Source: an uncultured cyanobacterium
GTDB lineage: Bacteria > Cyanobacteriota > Cyanobacteriia > CAKZMO01
Direction: 5' to 3'
DNA length: 64,000 bases
NCBI GenBank assembly: GCA_963719515.1
Contig: CAVRCJ010000020.1
Coordinates: forward strand, 1 to 64,000
Shown: piece by piece, positions 20,466-31,173 of the stretch
Position numbering within the stretch: position 1 is the stretch's first letter
Layout: each line of letters opens with the position of its first letter
Notes under the pieces: model-generated
What the model was told of the DNA's origin: nothing
Seen by the model: the letters and a program-made list of their open reading frames with translations, nothing else
The model's database searches: none
Position numbers and translations under genes: made by a program

Positions 20466-21898
20466 AGCAACTCGCTGGCGAGCCGTCCAATGGTCTCTAG
20501 AGCCTGGTCAATTTCGGGGGCCCAAGGCAAGGCCGTATTGAGGCGAAAGCAGTGACCGTAGCCGCCGGAGGCCGAGAACATGACGCCTGGGGCAATGCTG
20601 ATGTTGTGCTGTAGCGCACTCTGGTAGAGGGCAAAGGCATCAAACTCGAGGGGCATCTGCAGCCACAGTACGTGCCCGCCTTTAGGCTGAGTGACGCGGA
20701 CCTCTGCCGGAAAGTAGGTCTGGATAGCCTGCAGCATGCGGGCCGTTTGAGACTGATTGAGGCGGCGCAATCGGCGCAGGTGGCGATCGCAGCCGCCGTT
20801 GGCGAAGAAAGTGGCGATGGTAAGCTGGGGAGCGATCGCGCTCATGTGGCTGACCACCATCTTCAGCTGCTGAATTTGCGGCTGATAGCGCCCGGCAATG
20901 GACCAGCCCACCCGCAGTCCGGGGGAGAGAATTTTGCTCACCGAGGTGCAGTAGAGTACCCGCCCTTCGGTGTCGAAGGCCTTGACAGCTTTGGGGCGAT
21001 CGCCCTCAAACTGGAGTTCGCCGTAGATATCGTCCTCGACCAGCGGCAGGTCGTAGCGATTGAGCAGGTCCACCAGCGCCTTCTTCTTTTCGTCGCTCAT
21101 GCAGCTGCCGGTGGGGTTGTTGAAGTTAGGAATCAGCAGACAGGCCGCGACCTGCTGAGCCTGAATGGCCTCCTCTAGCGCAGGAAGGGAAATGCCGTCG
21201 CGGGGGTGCGTGGGCAGCTCTAGCGCTTTGAGTTCTAGAGACTTAAGCACCTCCAGCATGCCGAAATAGATGGGTGACTCGATGGCCACCACTTGCCCAG
21301 GGCGGGTTACGGCTCGCAGCGACAGGTACACCGCCTCGGTGGCCCCATTGGTGATCACCACCTCCTCAGGAGACACAGAGCACCCTGCATTCAGCATGCG
21401 TTTGGCCACCTCCTGCCGCAAAAACTGACAGCCCGGAGAGGCGGCGTAGCCATGAACAGCGGCTTCAGACCTCAGAACCTTACCCATAATCCGGTTGAGC
21501 GCCACCGTCGGCAAGTGCGCTTCGCTGGGGATTGCCGCCCCGAGCTGCAGCAGGTCGGGGTTGCGCACAGAGCTCATAATTTGCAGCGCTAGGGAGATAT
21601 CCACTGAGGCACTTTCCCGCGGCGGCTCTGATGGACTGGGCTCCAGCAGTTGCTGTGCGGTGAAGCTGACGTAGTAGCCCGACTGGGGGCGGGCCACAAT
21701 CAGCCCCTGGTCCTCTAAAAGGCGGTAGGCCTCCAGCACCGTAGACACGCTCACCGAAAGCTGGTGGTGCAGCTTTCTGACCGACGGGAGGCGATCGCCT
21801 GGACTCAGGGTTCCCTCGTCAATCAGGGACTGCAGGCGATGGGCAACCTGCTCATAGAGGGGTCTGTCGCTAGTGGGGCGCAACGGAGTAACGGTCAT
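20462..21898 (-). CDS. MocR/GabR-family regulator (GntR HTH + PLP aminotransferase domain), YdcR-like
   Basis: LYEQVA..GDRLPSVRKL, VEDDIYGEL, SVSKILSPGLRVGW. Confidence 0.95.
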   Translation of the reverse strand: MTVTPLRPTSDRPLYEQVAHRLQSLIDEGTLSPGDRLPSVRKLHHQLSVSVSTVLEAYRLLEDQGLIVARPQSGYYVSFTAQQLLEPSPSEPPRESASVDISLALQIMSSVRNPDLLQLGAAIPSEAHLPTVALNRIMGKVLRSEAAVHGYAASPGCQFLRQEVAKRMLNAGCSVSPEEVVITNGATEAVYLSLRAVTRPGQVVAIESPIYFGMLEVLKSLELKALELPTHPRDGISLPALEEAIQAQQVAACLLIPNFNNPTGSCMSDEKKKALVDLLNRYDLPLVEDDIYGELQFEGDRPKAVKAFDTEGRVLYCTSVSKILSPGLRVGWSIAGRYQPQIQQLKMVVSHMSAIAPQLTIATFFANGGCDRHLRRLRRLNQSQTARMLQAIQTYFPAEVRVTQPKGGHVLWLQMPLEFDAFALYQSALQHNISIAPGVMFSASGGYGHCFRLNTALPWAPEIDQALETIGRLASELL

Positions 21899-21926
21899 GG
21901 AATACAGTTAGCGCTAGGTTTAACCA

Positions 21927-21953
21927 GTACAGTTCTAAAAAATCAAACTGTAC
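21927..21953. promoter_or_regulatory. Probable MocR operator: inverted repeat GTACAGTT-N11-AACTGTAC
   Basis: Perfect 8-bp IR in the divergent intergenic region; extra half-site ATACAGTT at 21902. Confidence 0.65.
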
Positions 21954-22053
21954 CCATAACAATTTACAGCAGCTGCCTCTGTTCTGGTCGCGTCATCTTT
22001 GACAAAATTCAAGTCATGCCGCGAACCGTCACGTAAAACAGGGAGATACCCCC

Positions 22054-22344
22054 ATGACCCGCTCCACAAGACTGGACTACTACGAGCTAGAAGGCGTTCG
22101 TTTAGAATATCGACCGGCTAGCTTCACCGCACAGATCGCAGGGTCGCTTTTGGACCGCTGGGCTGCGTTTTGGACCCTCTTATTTAGGTCAATGGCTCCT
22201 TCCGGTGAGCCCGTGATCAAAACGTGGCGCGATCGCCAAGGTCAGATGTTCTATGCCGTTTACGACCCTACTACAGGCCAGCGGCTGACCTGCAGCAGCG
22301 AGGCAGAGGTCCGGCAGTGGATAGAGCAGCGCTACCGCGTCTGA
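22054..22344 (+). CDS. Small hypothetical protein divergent from the MocR gene
   Basis: GGGAG RBS; C-terminal YDPTTG...SEAEVRQWIEQRY. Confidence 0.8.
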   Translation: MTRSTRLDYYELEGVRLEYRPASFTAQIAGSLLDRWAAFWTLLFRSMAPSGEPVIKTWRDRQGQMFYAVYDPTTGQRLTCSSEAEVRQWIEQRYRV

Positions 22345-22350
22345 TTTGGG

Positions 22351-23223
22351 CTACTTAGCCTCCGCCGATAGCGCCCACAATCCTTGCTCTAGCCCAACAT
22401 AGACCCGAGTCAGAAAGTCCAGGTCTAGCGTGTCTATGCGATCGCTGGGGCGATGATAGTGAGGATTGCGCAAAAAAGAGGTATCGGTGACCATCATCGC
22501 CCGGTAGCCCTGGTCCCAGAACGAAGCGTGGTCACTGCGCCGGGTCGCTGGAACCAGCTGCCCCCGCTGACCCGCCACCAGCCATTCGCAGGGCACCGTG
22601 GGGCGAAGCTGACGGCTCAGCCAGCGGGTCTCGCGCCAGGTGGGAAGATTGCCCACCAAAGCGATGAAGTTGCCGGTGGCCGGATAGAAATACTTGAGAC
22701 CAGTTGGGTATTGCTGAGACTGGGGCCGAGGGTCACAGTAGCCCAGCATTTCTAGAGAGAGCATCAGTCGCAGAGGCTCACCTCGACGCCGCAGGTCGCT
22801 GGCGTAGGCCCGGCTCCCCAAGAGGCCGTATTCCTCTAGATCGAAGGCCACTAGACGTATGGGACAGGGCAGTGGCTGCGTCGACCAGGCGCGGGCTAGC
22901 TCCAACAGCACCGCAATGCCTGTGGCGTTATCGTCGGCCCCGGGGCTGCCGGGGACACCGTCGTAATGGGCAGCAACCAAGATGGGTGGGACCGAGGGGA
23001 TATCAGAACCCGAAGCCATGGGCAGATCTAGGATGAGATTTTCACCCATCTGTCCCGCCCCTTCAAAGGGGTGAGACGTGACGGTCCCCCATTGGGACAG
23101 CTGCTGCCGCACATACTCCCGCACAAAGAAGTAGCCCCCTGTGGAAATATAGATATCGCGCTCGCGAGCCACCTTCTGGAGGTGCGATCGCAATCGGGTT
23201 TGGATGGCTTGGAGAGTCGTCAT
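22351..23223 (-). CDS. M28-family peptidase
   Basis: AHYD, PGADDNATG, FDLEEYG, SDHASF, YH.PSD. Confidence 0.92.
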   Translation of the reverse strand: MTTLQAIQTRLRSHLQKVARERDIYISTGGYFFVREYVRQQLSQWGTVTSHPFEGAGQMGENLILDLPMASGSDIPSVPPILVAAHYDGVPGSPGADDNATGIAVLLELARAWSTQPLPCPIRLVAFDLEEYGLLGSRAYASDLRRRGEPLRLMLSLEMLGYCDPRPQSQQYPTGLKYFYPATGNFIALVGNLPTWRETRWLSRQLRPTVPCEWLVAGQRGQLVPATRRSDHASFWDQGYRAMMVTDTSFLRNPHYHRPSDRIDTLDLDFLTRVYVGLEQGLWALSAEAK

Positions 23224-23298
23224 GGGCTATGCGGTCGTAGTGTCGTGGGCCGTCATAGCAGTACGATAGGGCCATTCAAGAACAAACCGGAATTAGGC

Positions 23299-23883
23299 AT
23301 GACCCCTCAAGCAGTAACCCTAGCACAATGGCTCGCTGGAGAATTCATCAACAAGGCCCAGGCTCTAGAGCAGCCCTCCTGGTTTGTTCATCTGCGGCTG
23401 TGGCACCGGCCGCTTCCCCAGCGGCTTCAGGGCAATCTGGCTATTTTTGCGGAGCAGGCAAACGTGCTCAAGCTCGAGCAGGCCTACCGGCAGCGAGTGC
23501 TGATGCTGCAGGACACAGAAGCAGGACTACAGGGCCAGTACTTTGCCTTCAAACAGCCTGACCAGTTCAAAGGCGCAGGGCAGGCTCCAGAAAAGCTAGC
23601 CTCCCTAACAGAAGACGACTTAATTCACCTGCCGGGCTGCGTCGTTGACATTGCAGAGGAAGGCGGTCGCTTCCAGGCCCAGATGCGTCCCGGCGATCGC
23701 TGTCGCTTTGAGGCCAACGGCAAAGTAGGGCAAGTGGTGCTGGGATTTGAATCCCAAGCGACCCAGTTTCTCAGCTACGATCGCGGCGTTGATCCGACCA
23801 CGGAAAAGCCGATTTGGGGGGCGCTCATGGGTCCCTACCGTTTCTCGAAACAGCAGAGTCATGCTGGCGATCTGCCGCTCTGA
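23299..23883 (+). CDS. cpcT: CpcT/CpeT-family chromophore lyase
   Basis: LAQWLAGEF.N..QA...P.WF.HLRLW.RP, YRQR, SYDRGVDP, WGALMGPY.F; start set at ATG 23299. Confidence 0.88.
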   Translation: MTPQAVTLAQWLAGEFINKAQALEQPSWFVHLRLWHRPLPQRLQGNLAIFAEQANVLKLEQAYRQRVLMLQDTEAGLQGQYFAFKQPDQFKGAGQAPEKLASLTEDDLIHLPGCVVDIAEEGGRFQAQMRPGDRCRFEANGKVGQVVLGFESQATQFLSYDRGVDPTTEKPIWGALMGPYRFSKQQSHAGDLPL

Positions 23884-24056
23884 TCTCCTTTAGGGTTACG
23901 GCTGCTTCTGCTCTACCACCAGCGTCAGGCTTTCCCAAGCGCCTTTATCGTCGTAGAGTCATGCTGGCGATCTGCCGCTCTGATCTCCTTTAGGGTTACG
24001 GCTGCTTCTGCTCTACCACCAGCGTCAGGCTTTCCCAAGCGCCTTTATCGTCGTAG
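23855..24056. repeat. Exact 100-bp tandem duplication
   Basis: 23855-23954 is identical to 23955-24054 (AGAGTCATGCTGG...TTATCGTCGT), with AG microhomology at the junction. Confidence 0.95.
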
Positions 24057-24814
24057 CGACGAATCATCCGCTGCCGCTGCGTCGGTGAGACAAGCCAGCC
24101 CGCCTCGAGAAAAAAGGCCTGCCCTTTAGGCAAAGAGAGGGGCGTAGTGCTAGAGGCTCCCCCCGGCAGCAGCAGCACCTGCACTGCTCGCTCGCCCTCA
24201 CCAAAGCGCAGGGTGGAGTCGGCGATCGTCGCCTGTGAAGTTAGGGTTCGAGACGGCAGCGTCAGAGATTGGGTGAGTTTGTCGCCCTGGCGCGTCAGGC
24301 TGAGGGTGGTGGCGTAGCGATCGGGCGATCGCAGATCGGCGTAGCGGGTTGTAGCCTCGCCTGACCAGGTTCCCACCAAATCGTCAACGGTGAGATCGGG
24401 CTGTGGCGAGAGATCGAGGCCCTCTCGCCGCTCTCGAATGAGGGTAATTTGTGACAGCTGCGCCGCTTTGTCAAACAGCTGCACCACTCGCAGTCGGCGA
24501 TCGCCCTCTATGAGCCCTAGCTCTGCGCCGAAGGTGGAAAATGGCCCAAGCTGAAGCGACCCTTGGGAAAAGGCTCCCGTCTCGAAAAACCGAACGCTGC
24601 GGGCTAGAGAACTGTATTCCAGCACCCGCTCGTTCATCTCATCGCCTTGACCCGTGCGAATCGTCTGGCGCATAGATTGATTCTGGTCCAAGCCCTCAAG
24701 CTTTACAACACTTGGTATATCCACCTCGAGCTGCCCTGAGGGAGAGAACCGCGCGAAAGTCCCCTCCCAAGCGCCAAGGTTTCGTAGCAGACAATCCCAC
24801 TGAGACACAGTCAT
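23996..24814 (-). CDS. DUF3598-family protein
   Basis: SQWDCLLRNLGAWEGTF, FFETGAFSQGS, FFLEAGWL..RQRMIRRYD.KG.W. Confidence 0.8.
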   Translation of the reverse strand: MTVSQWDCLLRNLGAWEGTFARFSPSGQLEVDIPSVVKLEGLDQNQSMRQTIRTGQGDEMNERVLEYSSLARSVRFFETGAFSQGSLQLGPFSTFGAELGLIEGDRRLRVVQLFDKAAQLSQITLIRERREGLDLSPQPDLTVDDLVGTWSGEATTRYADLRSPDRYATTLSLTRQGDKLTQSLTLPSRTLTSQATIADSTLRFGEGERAVQVLLLPGGASSTTPLSLPKGQAFFLEAGWLVSPTQRQRMIRRYDDKGAWESLTLVVEQKQP

Positions 24815-25220
24815 CTCGACAGTCACCCTGAATGCGTTTGGCCCATGTAGACCCAGCATAGCGCTAGCCGGGCTGAAGTCTATCGATTGTATCTAGTTTT
24901 TCTATATCAGATAAGAAAATTAATGTTTATCAAGGCTCTCTATCTAAAGGTCTGATGCCTCATCAGCCTGAAAAGCCATGAACCATTTGCGACTCAGTAA
25001 GCTCTGAGGCGGGGGCGAAAGCTTTAACAAACCTTGATCTAAATGTAGTTTTCGTAACCTCGTGTACCTCAGTATCTTTTCGGGATTTATAGCTAGGGAG
25101 AGCCAAATCGGCGCTAGCCCGCGAGCCAACACCCCTCTGAGGAATGATGATGGACCCTCCCATAAAAATGTATACCTCAATACTATTACTCAGAGGATCA
25201 AACCCTTTCTGCAGTTGACT

Positions 25221-26216
25221 ATGCAAATTTTTCAAACGACGTGGCTAAATTCCTACATTGGAATCTGGCTGCTTTTTCAAGGTGCCATCAACCTACCCGC
25301 TATATCTCAGGACCAAAATCTGTCAGAAGCGGATGGAACTAGCGCGCCGACATCGACATCGCTGTCGCATGAACTGATGCCAGGCAGCGATTTCAGTCAG
25401 CCTACAGATGACTTACCCCGCGGTGATGCGCTGCTTTCCCCCTGGAAGCTACCTCAGGCCGTAGCGCCGAGTGCCTCAGTACGCGTTGCCCAATCATCCC
25501 AGCAGTCAACGCCAGAGCCACTGTCCTACAAGATGGGCTCAGGAAACCCTAGCTGTCTGGGCTGGCGGGCTACTTCTACGGCCTCAGCTATGCCGTTTCA
25601 GATTTTGGTCGATGGGCAAGCTGTCGCCGAGTTTACTGACCGTGAGCGGGCTTACCAGACTGGCAGGCAAATTAAAGCTGCCGTTGACAGCAATATCAGC
25701 CCCGAAACGCTACACATTGAGCGGGACGGTGAGACGGTGGTGGGCCGTTGGCAGCAGCAGCATTTGTTCACCGTAGACCCTGACCTAGCGCAGCAGCTCG
25801 GACAGTCCCCTGAAGCGATCGCCGGAACCTGGATCAACGCGCTGAGATCCGCCCTCGGGCAGTCAGCGTTGAGTGCGACTGAGATTCGAGCTGCCCTCGA
25901 AGGTCTTTCGTCTACGGGAAAAAACTTTGGAGGGGTTGCCTCGTGGTACGGCCCCTACTTCCACGGTCGGAAGACGGCCTCTGGAGAGCGATTCAACCAG
26001 AACGATCTGACGGCGGCCCACCCGACGCTACCGTTTGACACGTACCTCAAGGTAACCAACAAGGTCAATGGCCGCTCGGTGGTTGTTCGGATTAATGACC
26101 GAGGCCCCTATGTTGGCAGCCGGTCCTTAGATCTATCGCGTCAAGCTGCCTACTGCCTAAATAGCGAGACAAAGGGCATTGTTCCGTACTCTGCAACCGT
26201 ACTTCAGCCGTCTTGA
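25221..26216 (+). CDS. rlpA: Septal ring lytic transglycosylase RlpA family (start uncertain)
   Basis: [41 protein letters not shown]. Confidence 0.9.
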   Translation: MQIFQTTWLNSYIGIWLLFQGAINLPAISQDQNLSEADGTSAPTSTSLSHELMPGSDFSQPTDDLPRGDALLSPWKLPQAVAPSASVRVAQSSQQSTPEPLSYKMGSGNPSCLGWRATSTASAMPFQILVDGQAVAEFTDRERAYQTGRQIKAAVDSNISPETLHIERDGETVVGRWQQQHLFTVDPDLAQQLGQSPEAIAGTWINALRSALGQSALSATEIRAALEGLSSTGKNFGGVASWYGPYFHGRKTASGERFNQNDLTAAHPTLPFDTYLKVTNKVNGRSVVVRINDRGPYVGSRSLDLSRQAAYCLNSETKGIVPYSATVLQPS

Positions 26217-26845
26217 GCGCGAACCGCGTTTTCGGAGAGAATAATGTGGCGCTGGCGGTCGAGGGACAGCCAGCCCTCTTCCCTCATCTGACTGAGCAAG
26301 CGGGTGACCGTGACCCGAGTCGTCCCCACCGTATTGGCAAGCTGCTGATGGGTGAGACGCACGCTTAGGCGAATGCCGCGTTCTTCAGGCTGGCCGACCT
26401 CCTGACTGAGCAGCAGCAGCAGGTGTCTAAGGCGCTCCTCGACCCGACGATAGCCCACCGTGGCCAGGAGCGCTTCGGTTTGCCGCAGCCGCCGGTTGAG
26501 GTGGTGGAAGATGCTGTGGGCCAGCGCCGGCGATTGCTCTACTTCCGCGAAGCTGAGCTTCATCAGGTCGGCGCTGGTGAGGGCGACAGCCTGATAGGGA
26601 CGAATGAGCGTGAAGGGCAGTCCAAACGGCATCGAGGGGCAAAGCAGACCCAAGAGCGCCTCATCTCCCGTTGCATAGAGGGTCCCCACTTGAACAATTC
26701 CTCGGCAAACAACCCAGACGTCCTGGGGTTCCATGTCGATCGGTTCTCCTCCAGCGAAGGGGTAGAGCGTGCGGCCCGAATACTGCTCTTCTAGGAGATG
26801 GCGTAAATCCTGCGATGTGGGGTCGGCAGCGAAGGAGCGGACCAT
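26204..26845 (-). CDS. Crp/Fnr-family transcriptional regulator
   Basis: C-terminal [24 protein letters not shown]. Confidence 0.92.
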   Translation of the reverse strand: MVRSFAADPTSQDLRHLLEEQYSGRTLYPFAGGEPIDMEPQDVWVVCRGIVQVGTLYATGDEALLGLLCPSMPFGLPFTLIRPYQAVALTSADLMKLSFAEVEQSPALAHSIFHHLNRRLRQTEALLATVGYRRVEERLRHLLLLLSQEVGQPEERGIRLSVRLTHQQLANTVGTTRVTVTRLLSQMREEGWLSLDRQRHIILSENAVRAQDG

Positions 26846-26968
26846 GCGTTTACCTCTAGTTACCCATGGAGAATCCTAGCCCAGCGAGCTGAAGACAAGG
26901 TAAACAACTGGTTTAGAAAAGGTTAAGCCCCAACCTAACGGCTCTAAGCAAAGCGCTCAGCAGACTAC

Positions 26969-28501
26969 CTACGGAGGAGTTTCCTGAAGACAGCGAATAG
27001 CCTCCAGCATGGCCCTCGCTTTGTTTAGCGTTTCTTCATACTCTAGCGGCGGCTGCGAGTCGGCGACTAGCCCTGCCCCCGCCTGGACGCTAACCTGCTG
27101 AGACCCATCAGGCTGGCGCTGCACAATCATGGTGCGAATGGTAATGGCGGTGTTGAGCTGGCCCTCAAAGTCGTAATACCCATAGACTCCGGAATACGGT
27201 CCCCGCCGGGAAAACTCCAGATCGTGAATCAGCTCCATGGCGCGAATCTTCGGCGCTCCGCTGACGGTTCCTGCCGGGAAGGCAGCCTTGAGCAAGTCCC
27301 AGGCTGTTTTGTCCGGCTGCAGCTGCCCGGTCACGTTGCTAACGATGTGCATTACGTGGGAGTAATACTCGATCATCATCAGCTCATCCACTACGACGGT
27401 CCCGGCCTGGCATACGCGACCCAGGTCATTGCGGCCTAGGTCCACCAGCATGACGTGCTCAGCCACCTCTTTGGGGTCGTTCAGCAAATCCTCGGCCAAG
27501 GCGTCGTCTTCAAGCCGCGTTTTGCCCCGCTTTCGGGTACCCGCAATAGGTCGCAGCGTTGCCACCGTCTTCCCATCGACAGGCGATCGCTCTGCTTTCA
27601 CCATCACCTCCGGACTCGACCCAATGAGCTGCCAGTCCTGGAAGTGGAAATAGGCCATGTAGGGAGACGGGTTGATCAACCGCAGCGATCGATAGAGGGC
27701 GAAGGGGTCACCTTGATACGGAGTAGACAGGCGTTGGGACAGGACAACCTGAAAGATGTCCCCCGCCTGAATGTGGTCCTTGGCCTGCTCCACGCTGCGG
27801 CAAAAGTCTGCTTGAGAGACGTTGCTTTGGTAGTTTAAGTCTCGCCCTGCAGTAGCGGAGGACCACTGCAGCACCGTATCACTGTGTGATAAGGGCATCT
27901 GCAGCTTTTGCACTAGCGTGCTGACCCGCTGGCAAGCGTGATCATAAGCCTGCCGCAGCGAAACTGCCGGATCCCTGAGGTCGGCGTAGGCGATCGCCCA
28001 TATTTTGCGCTTCACCTGGTCAAAGATCAGCAGCTGGTCCACCTGCATCCAGATCCCGTCCGGTAAGTCAGTCTCGCTGGCGGAATGAACCGGCACGCGA
28101 GGCTCAATCCAGCGAATTAGCTCGTATCCCCAAACGCCAAATAGTCCGCCAATCCCTGGCGGAAGCTGGGGAAGGGTAATGGGGGTAAACGGCGTCAAGC
28201 AGTCCGCCAAAACGTCGAAGGGATTACCGGTGAAGACGTGGGAAGCGCCACTGCGATGGGTTTGGGTAACGCGATCGCCCCTTGCCTCTAGAACCCACAG
28301 CGGATCGCACCCCAGAAAGCTGTAGCGCGCCAGCTGCTCGCCCCCTTCGACCGACTCTAGAAGAAAGCTATAGGGCTGTCCTGCGCACACCTTGTACCAG
28401 GACGAAACCGGCGTATCGAGATCGGCAACCCATTCTTGATACACCGGAATGAAGTTGCCCTGATGCGAAAGCTCGCAAAACTGTTCAAACTCTGGAAACA
28501 T
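26969..28501 (-). CDS. trpE: Anthranilate synthase component I
   Basis: FLLESVEGG..ARYS, NPSPY, AEHVMLVDLGRND, PAGTVSGAPK; start set at ATG 28501. Confidence 0.96.
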   Translation of the reverse strand: MFPEFEQFCELSHQGNFIPVYQEWVADLDTPVSSWYKVCAGQPYSFLLESVEGGEQLARYSFLGCDPLWVLEARGDRVTQTHRSGASHVFTGNPFDVLADCLTPFTPITLPQLPPGIGGLFGVWGYELIRWIEPRVPVHSASETDLPDGIWMQVDQLLIFDQVKRKIWAIAYADLRDPAVSLRQAYDHACQRVSTLVQKLQMPLSHSDTVLQWSSATAGRDLNYQSNVSQADFCRSVEQAKDHIQAGDIFQVVLSQRLSTPYQGDPFALYRSLRLINPSPYMAYFHFQDWQLIGSSPEVMVKAERSPVDGKTVATLRPIAGTRKRGKTRLEDDALAEDLLNDPKEVAEHVMLVDLGRNDLGRVCQAGTVVVDELMMIEYYSHVMHIVSNVTGQLQPDKTAWDLLKAAFPAGTVSGAPKIRAMELIHDLEFSRRGPYSGVYGYYDFEGQLNTAITIRTMIVQRQPDGSQQVSVQAGAGLVADSQPPLEYEETLNKARAMLEAIRCLQETPP

Positions 28502-28537
28502 GGCGATTTTGCTCGACGGCAACAGCCTACTGACAAA

Positions 28538-28564
28538 CAAGGGGCACGAATATCGTGCCCCTTG
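28538..28564. terminator. Perfect hairpin downstream of psaD (terminator or REP-like)
   Basis: CAAGGGGCACGA-ATA-TCGTGCCCCTTG. Confidence 0.6.
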
Positions 28565-28630
28565 AGAGATTATTAAAAGATTATAGACGCGAGCATGGAA
28601 CCCGCCAACAAAGGTTAGCGGATGCTGGGT

Positions 28631-29059
28631 CTACGCTTCGTAGGGAGCTTCGCCTGTGAACTTGAGGGTAGCAGGCTCAGGATTGTCGCCAATGGCGCGC
28701 TCCTTCTTGCCCACGTAGGGGCGTCCCTCGTTCACTTTCTCAGGAAATACGCCGTCTGCAGGGTGAAGATACTGAATTTCCCCGCTTGGGAAGACTCGGT
28801 AGACCTTATAGTCGTCCATTCTGGGCTTGAATTTAGTGCGTAGCTGAGCCCCTAACGCTAAGCACTGCTCTTTGCGAGCTAGATACAATAGGTTCTCGCC
28901 CTCATTCATAATGGCCGCACCGCCGGTCGGCATCTCAAAGACCTGCTCCTTGGAGCTAGTCCAGGTAATCGCGTATTTCTCTTCTACTTCAGCTTTTGTG
29001 AGAAGTCCGCCGGTGCTGCCGCCGAACTTAGGCGTTTGTCCAGTAAGAGTTTCTGCCAT
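28631..29059 (-). CDS. psaD: Photosystem I reaction centre subunit II
   Basis: [42 protein letters not shown]. Confidence 0.99.
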   Translation of the reverse strand: MAETLTGQTPKFGGSTGGLLTKAEVEEKYAITWTSSKEQVFEMPTGGAAIMNEGENLLYLARKEQCLALGAQLRTKFKPRMDDYKVYRVFPSGEIQYLHPADGVFPEKVNEGRPYVGKKERAIGDNPEPATLKFTGEAPYEA

Positions 29060-29337
29060 AAGTATTTCTTGTGAACGGGTTGAACAGTTTGATTGGAATC
29101 GTATCACCGGCCCTACCCCAACTGATCTGATTGTGAGGAACTGTTACAGTTACCCTGCGATATGTTACGGCCCCCAACGCGGCACGGCCTCTGCGGAATT
29201 CAGCTCACCGTTGAGACCGCCAAAAGGCAGGACAAGTCATAATGGTATCGGTAACGCAATTCCGTTCACGTACGTCCATGCTGTTGATTAGCAGCGTCCG
29301 TGGCACAGCCGTAGCAAATTAGGAGATTCTGTAGACC

Positions 29338-29691
29338 ATGAATACAGTGCAAACGCAGCAGCGGGGAATTATGCTCACTGACGCCGCCTTGAAACAGGTG
29401 CGTACCCTGAAAGAGCAGCAGGGGGGCAGCGATCTCTGTCTGCGGGTTGGCGTGCGGCAGGGGGGCTGTTCTGGCATGTCTTACACCATGGATTTCGAAG
29501 AACCGACCAACATTCGCGAAAACGACGAGGTCTTTGACTACGACGGCTTTCAGGTGGTGTGCGACCCGAAGAGCATGCTCTACCTTTACGGCCTTGTTTT
29601 AGACTTCAGCAACGCCATGATCGGCGGCGGCTTCCAGTTTACAAACCCCAATGCAAACCAAACTTGCGGCTGCGGCACCTCTTTCTCGTAG
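29338..29691 (+). CDS. IscA/SufA/HesB Fe-S cluster assembly accessory protein
   Basis: [20 protein letters not shown]. Confidence 0.95.
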   Translation: MNTVQTQQRGIMLTDAALKQVRTLKEQQGGSDLCLRVGVRQGGCSGMSYTMDFEEPTNIRENDEVFDYDGFQVVCDPKSMLYLYGLVLDFSNAMIGGGFQFTNPNANQTCGCGTSFS

Positions 29692-29812
29692 AGCAAGCCG
29701 CAGGTCTCTACACCCTTACTGGGACAACCTTTGACTGGTTACTGGCATAATCTTTGCTAGCACAGTGTGCTGCACCCCTAAACCACAAACTTTCCACAAT
29801 TCTTCCGGCTAA

Positions 29813-30235
29813 ATGACTCAAACGACTGAAAATGCTTTCGATGCAGCCCTAAAGCGCTATGGGGACGGCGAATCTGCAGAGGCATTAATTCCCACCTTTA
29901 AGACGATCTGCGAGCAGGCTCCCAAAAACAGTCCCGCTTGGACCTGCTTATCCTGGCTCTACCTGCTCACGGAGAAGCCCAACTCAGCCTACAAAGCAGC
30001 CCAAAAAGCCGTCAAGCTCCATGCTGAAGACCCTCAAGCACGGGTAAATATGGCGATCGCCATGCTGGAGACCGATCGCAAAGGGGTCCGTCAGCACATT
30101 GACATTGCGCAACAGGTTGCCTCCGCAGTGCCAGAGCTGCGGCAAGAGCTGCAAAAAAACTTTGAAGACGGCTTAGCCCGTCGCCCCGATTGGCCAGAAC
30201 TAACCCGAGTCTATCGCTGGATTTTCGAAGGATAG
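29813..30235 (+). CDS. TPR-like helical protein
   Basis: AWTCLSWLYLL..AYKAAQKAVKL..DPQARVN. Confidence 0.75.
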   Translation: MTQTTENAFDAALKRYGDGESAEALIPTFKTICEQAPKNSPAWTCLSWLYLLTEKPNSAYKAAQKAVKLHAEDPQARVNMAIAMLETDRKGVRQHIDIAQQVASAVPELRQELQKNFEDGLARRPDWPELTRVYRWIFEG

Positions 30236-30464
30236 GCCGCAGCTAGCGCTCGACAAAGCAGCGTGAACTAGATTGCAGTGGGGCTGATTTGAATTTGGCC
30301 CTCACTGCGGTCTCCCTAATTTAAAGAGACGTTACGCTCCTCAAGATAAGTTAACGAAAAGTTCGGGCTTTGAATGATAAGCTTTCATCAAGATAGGCAA
30401 TTGAGAAGGCCGACGCGCCTGCTTTTTAATCTCAGCTTTTTAACTCATCTAAAGGAGATCGGTC

Positions 30465-30659
30465 ATGACAAAAGATAATAATACCGTTGGCGTTAAGCCT
30501 GAAACTCGCAACCACAAGGGCTTCTTCGTTCAAGATACATCCTACACGCTGATGGGCATCGATCGCTCAGGCTGGGCTCTAATCTGCGTGGATGAGGCAA
30601 CTTGCCACTACGTCGATCCTGACAATCTGGCTGATTTGGATTTGGACACTAGCGCCTAG
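30465..30659 (+). CDS. Small hypothetical protein
   Basis: Strong AAAGGAG RBS before ATG; 64 aa. Confidence 0.7.
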   Translation: MTKDNNTVGVKPETRNHKGFFVQDTSYTLMGIDRSGWALICVDEATCHYVDPDNLADLDLDTSA

Positions 30660-30919
30660 CTCATCGGTCAATGGTAGCCGCCGCTTATTCGGTGTGGTTA
30701 CCATCTGACAAATCTTGGCTTCTCGAGCAGGCGCTTCTTTAGATAGCAAAACCAATTTATTCCTTTGGATGACCTCAGCATTGGTCAAACAATGCGTTTT
30801 TACAAAATGGCCTGGTCGCTCACGCCACCCTGAAAGCCAAGCTCAGCAAAAAAGCACGGATTCCGTGCTTTTTTGCTTTAATATACCGAGGAACTCCATC
30901 ACGGCGGTGCGTACTGCTC

Positions 30920-31156
30920 ATGAAAGACACTGTGCTAAGTTGGCTCAACCGAGTATTGGTTGCCAACCTGTTTTTTGTTCTGTTCAGCTTCTTCTGGCTT
31001 TTGGCAGCCGTCGTCGGTCGGGGTTTACACCTCCCATTGGGCTTGAATTTATGGTACAAACTCTGGGAACCTGTATTTACACCAGCCATTGGGATTTTAA
31101 TGGGCGGAGCACTTCTCAGCGGCGTTTGGGGATGGGTATCTAAAAAGCTAGGTTGA
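30920..31156 (+). CDS. Small two-TM membrane protein
   Basis: Two hydrophobic segments; WYKLWEPVFTPAIGILMGGA. Confidence 0.8.
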   Translation: MKDTVLSWLNRVLVANLFFVLFSFFWLLAAVVGRGLHLPLGLNLWYKLWEPVFTPAIGILMGGALLSGVWGWVSKKLG

Positions 31157-31173
31157 AAGGCCGTGCATTTCAG

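Noticed and set aside
29130..29170. HLR1 (RpaB) site upstream of psaD
   Set aside because: GTTAC-like words are present but are too degenerate in sequence and spacing to call.
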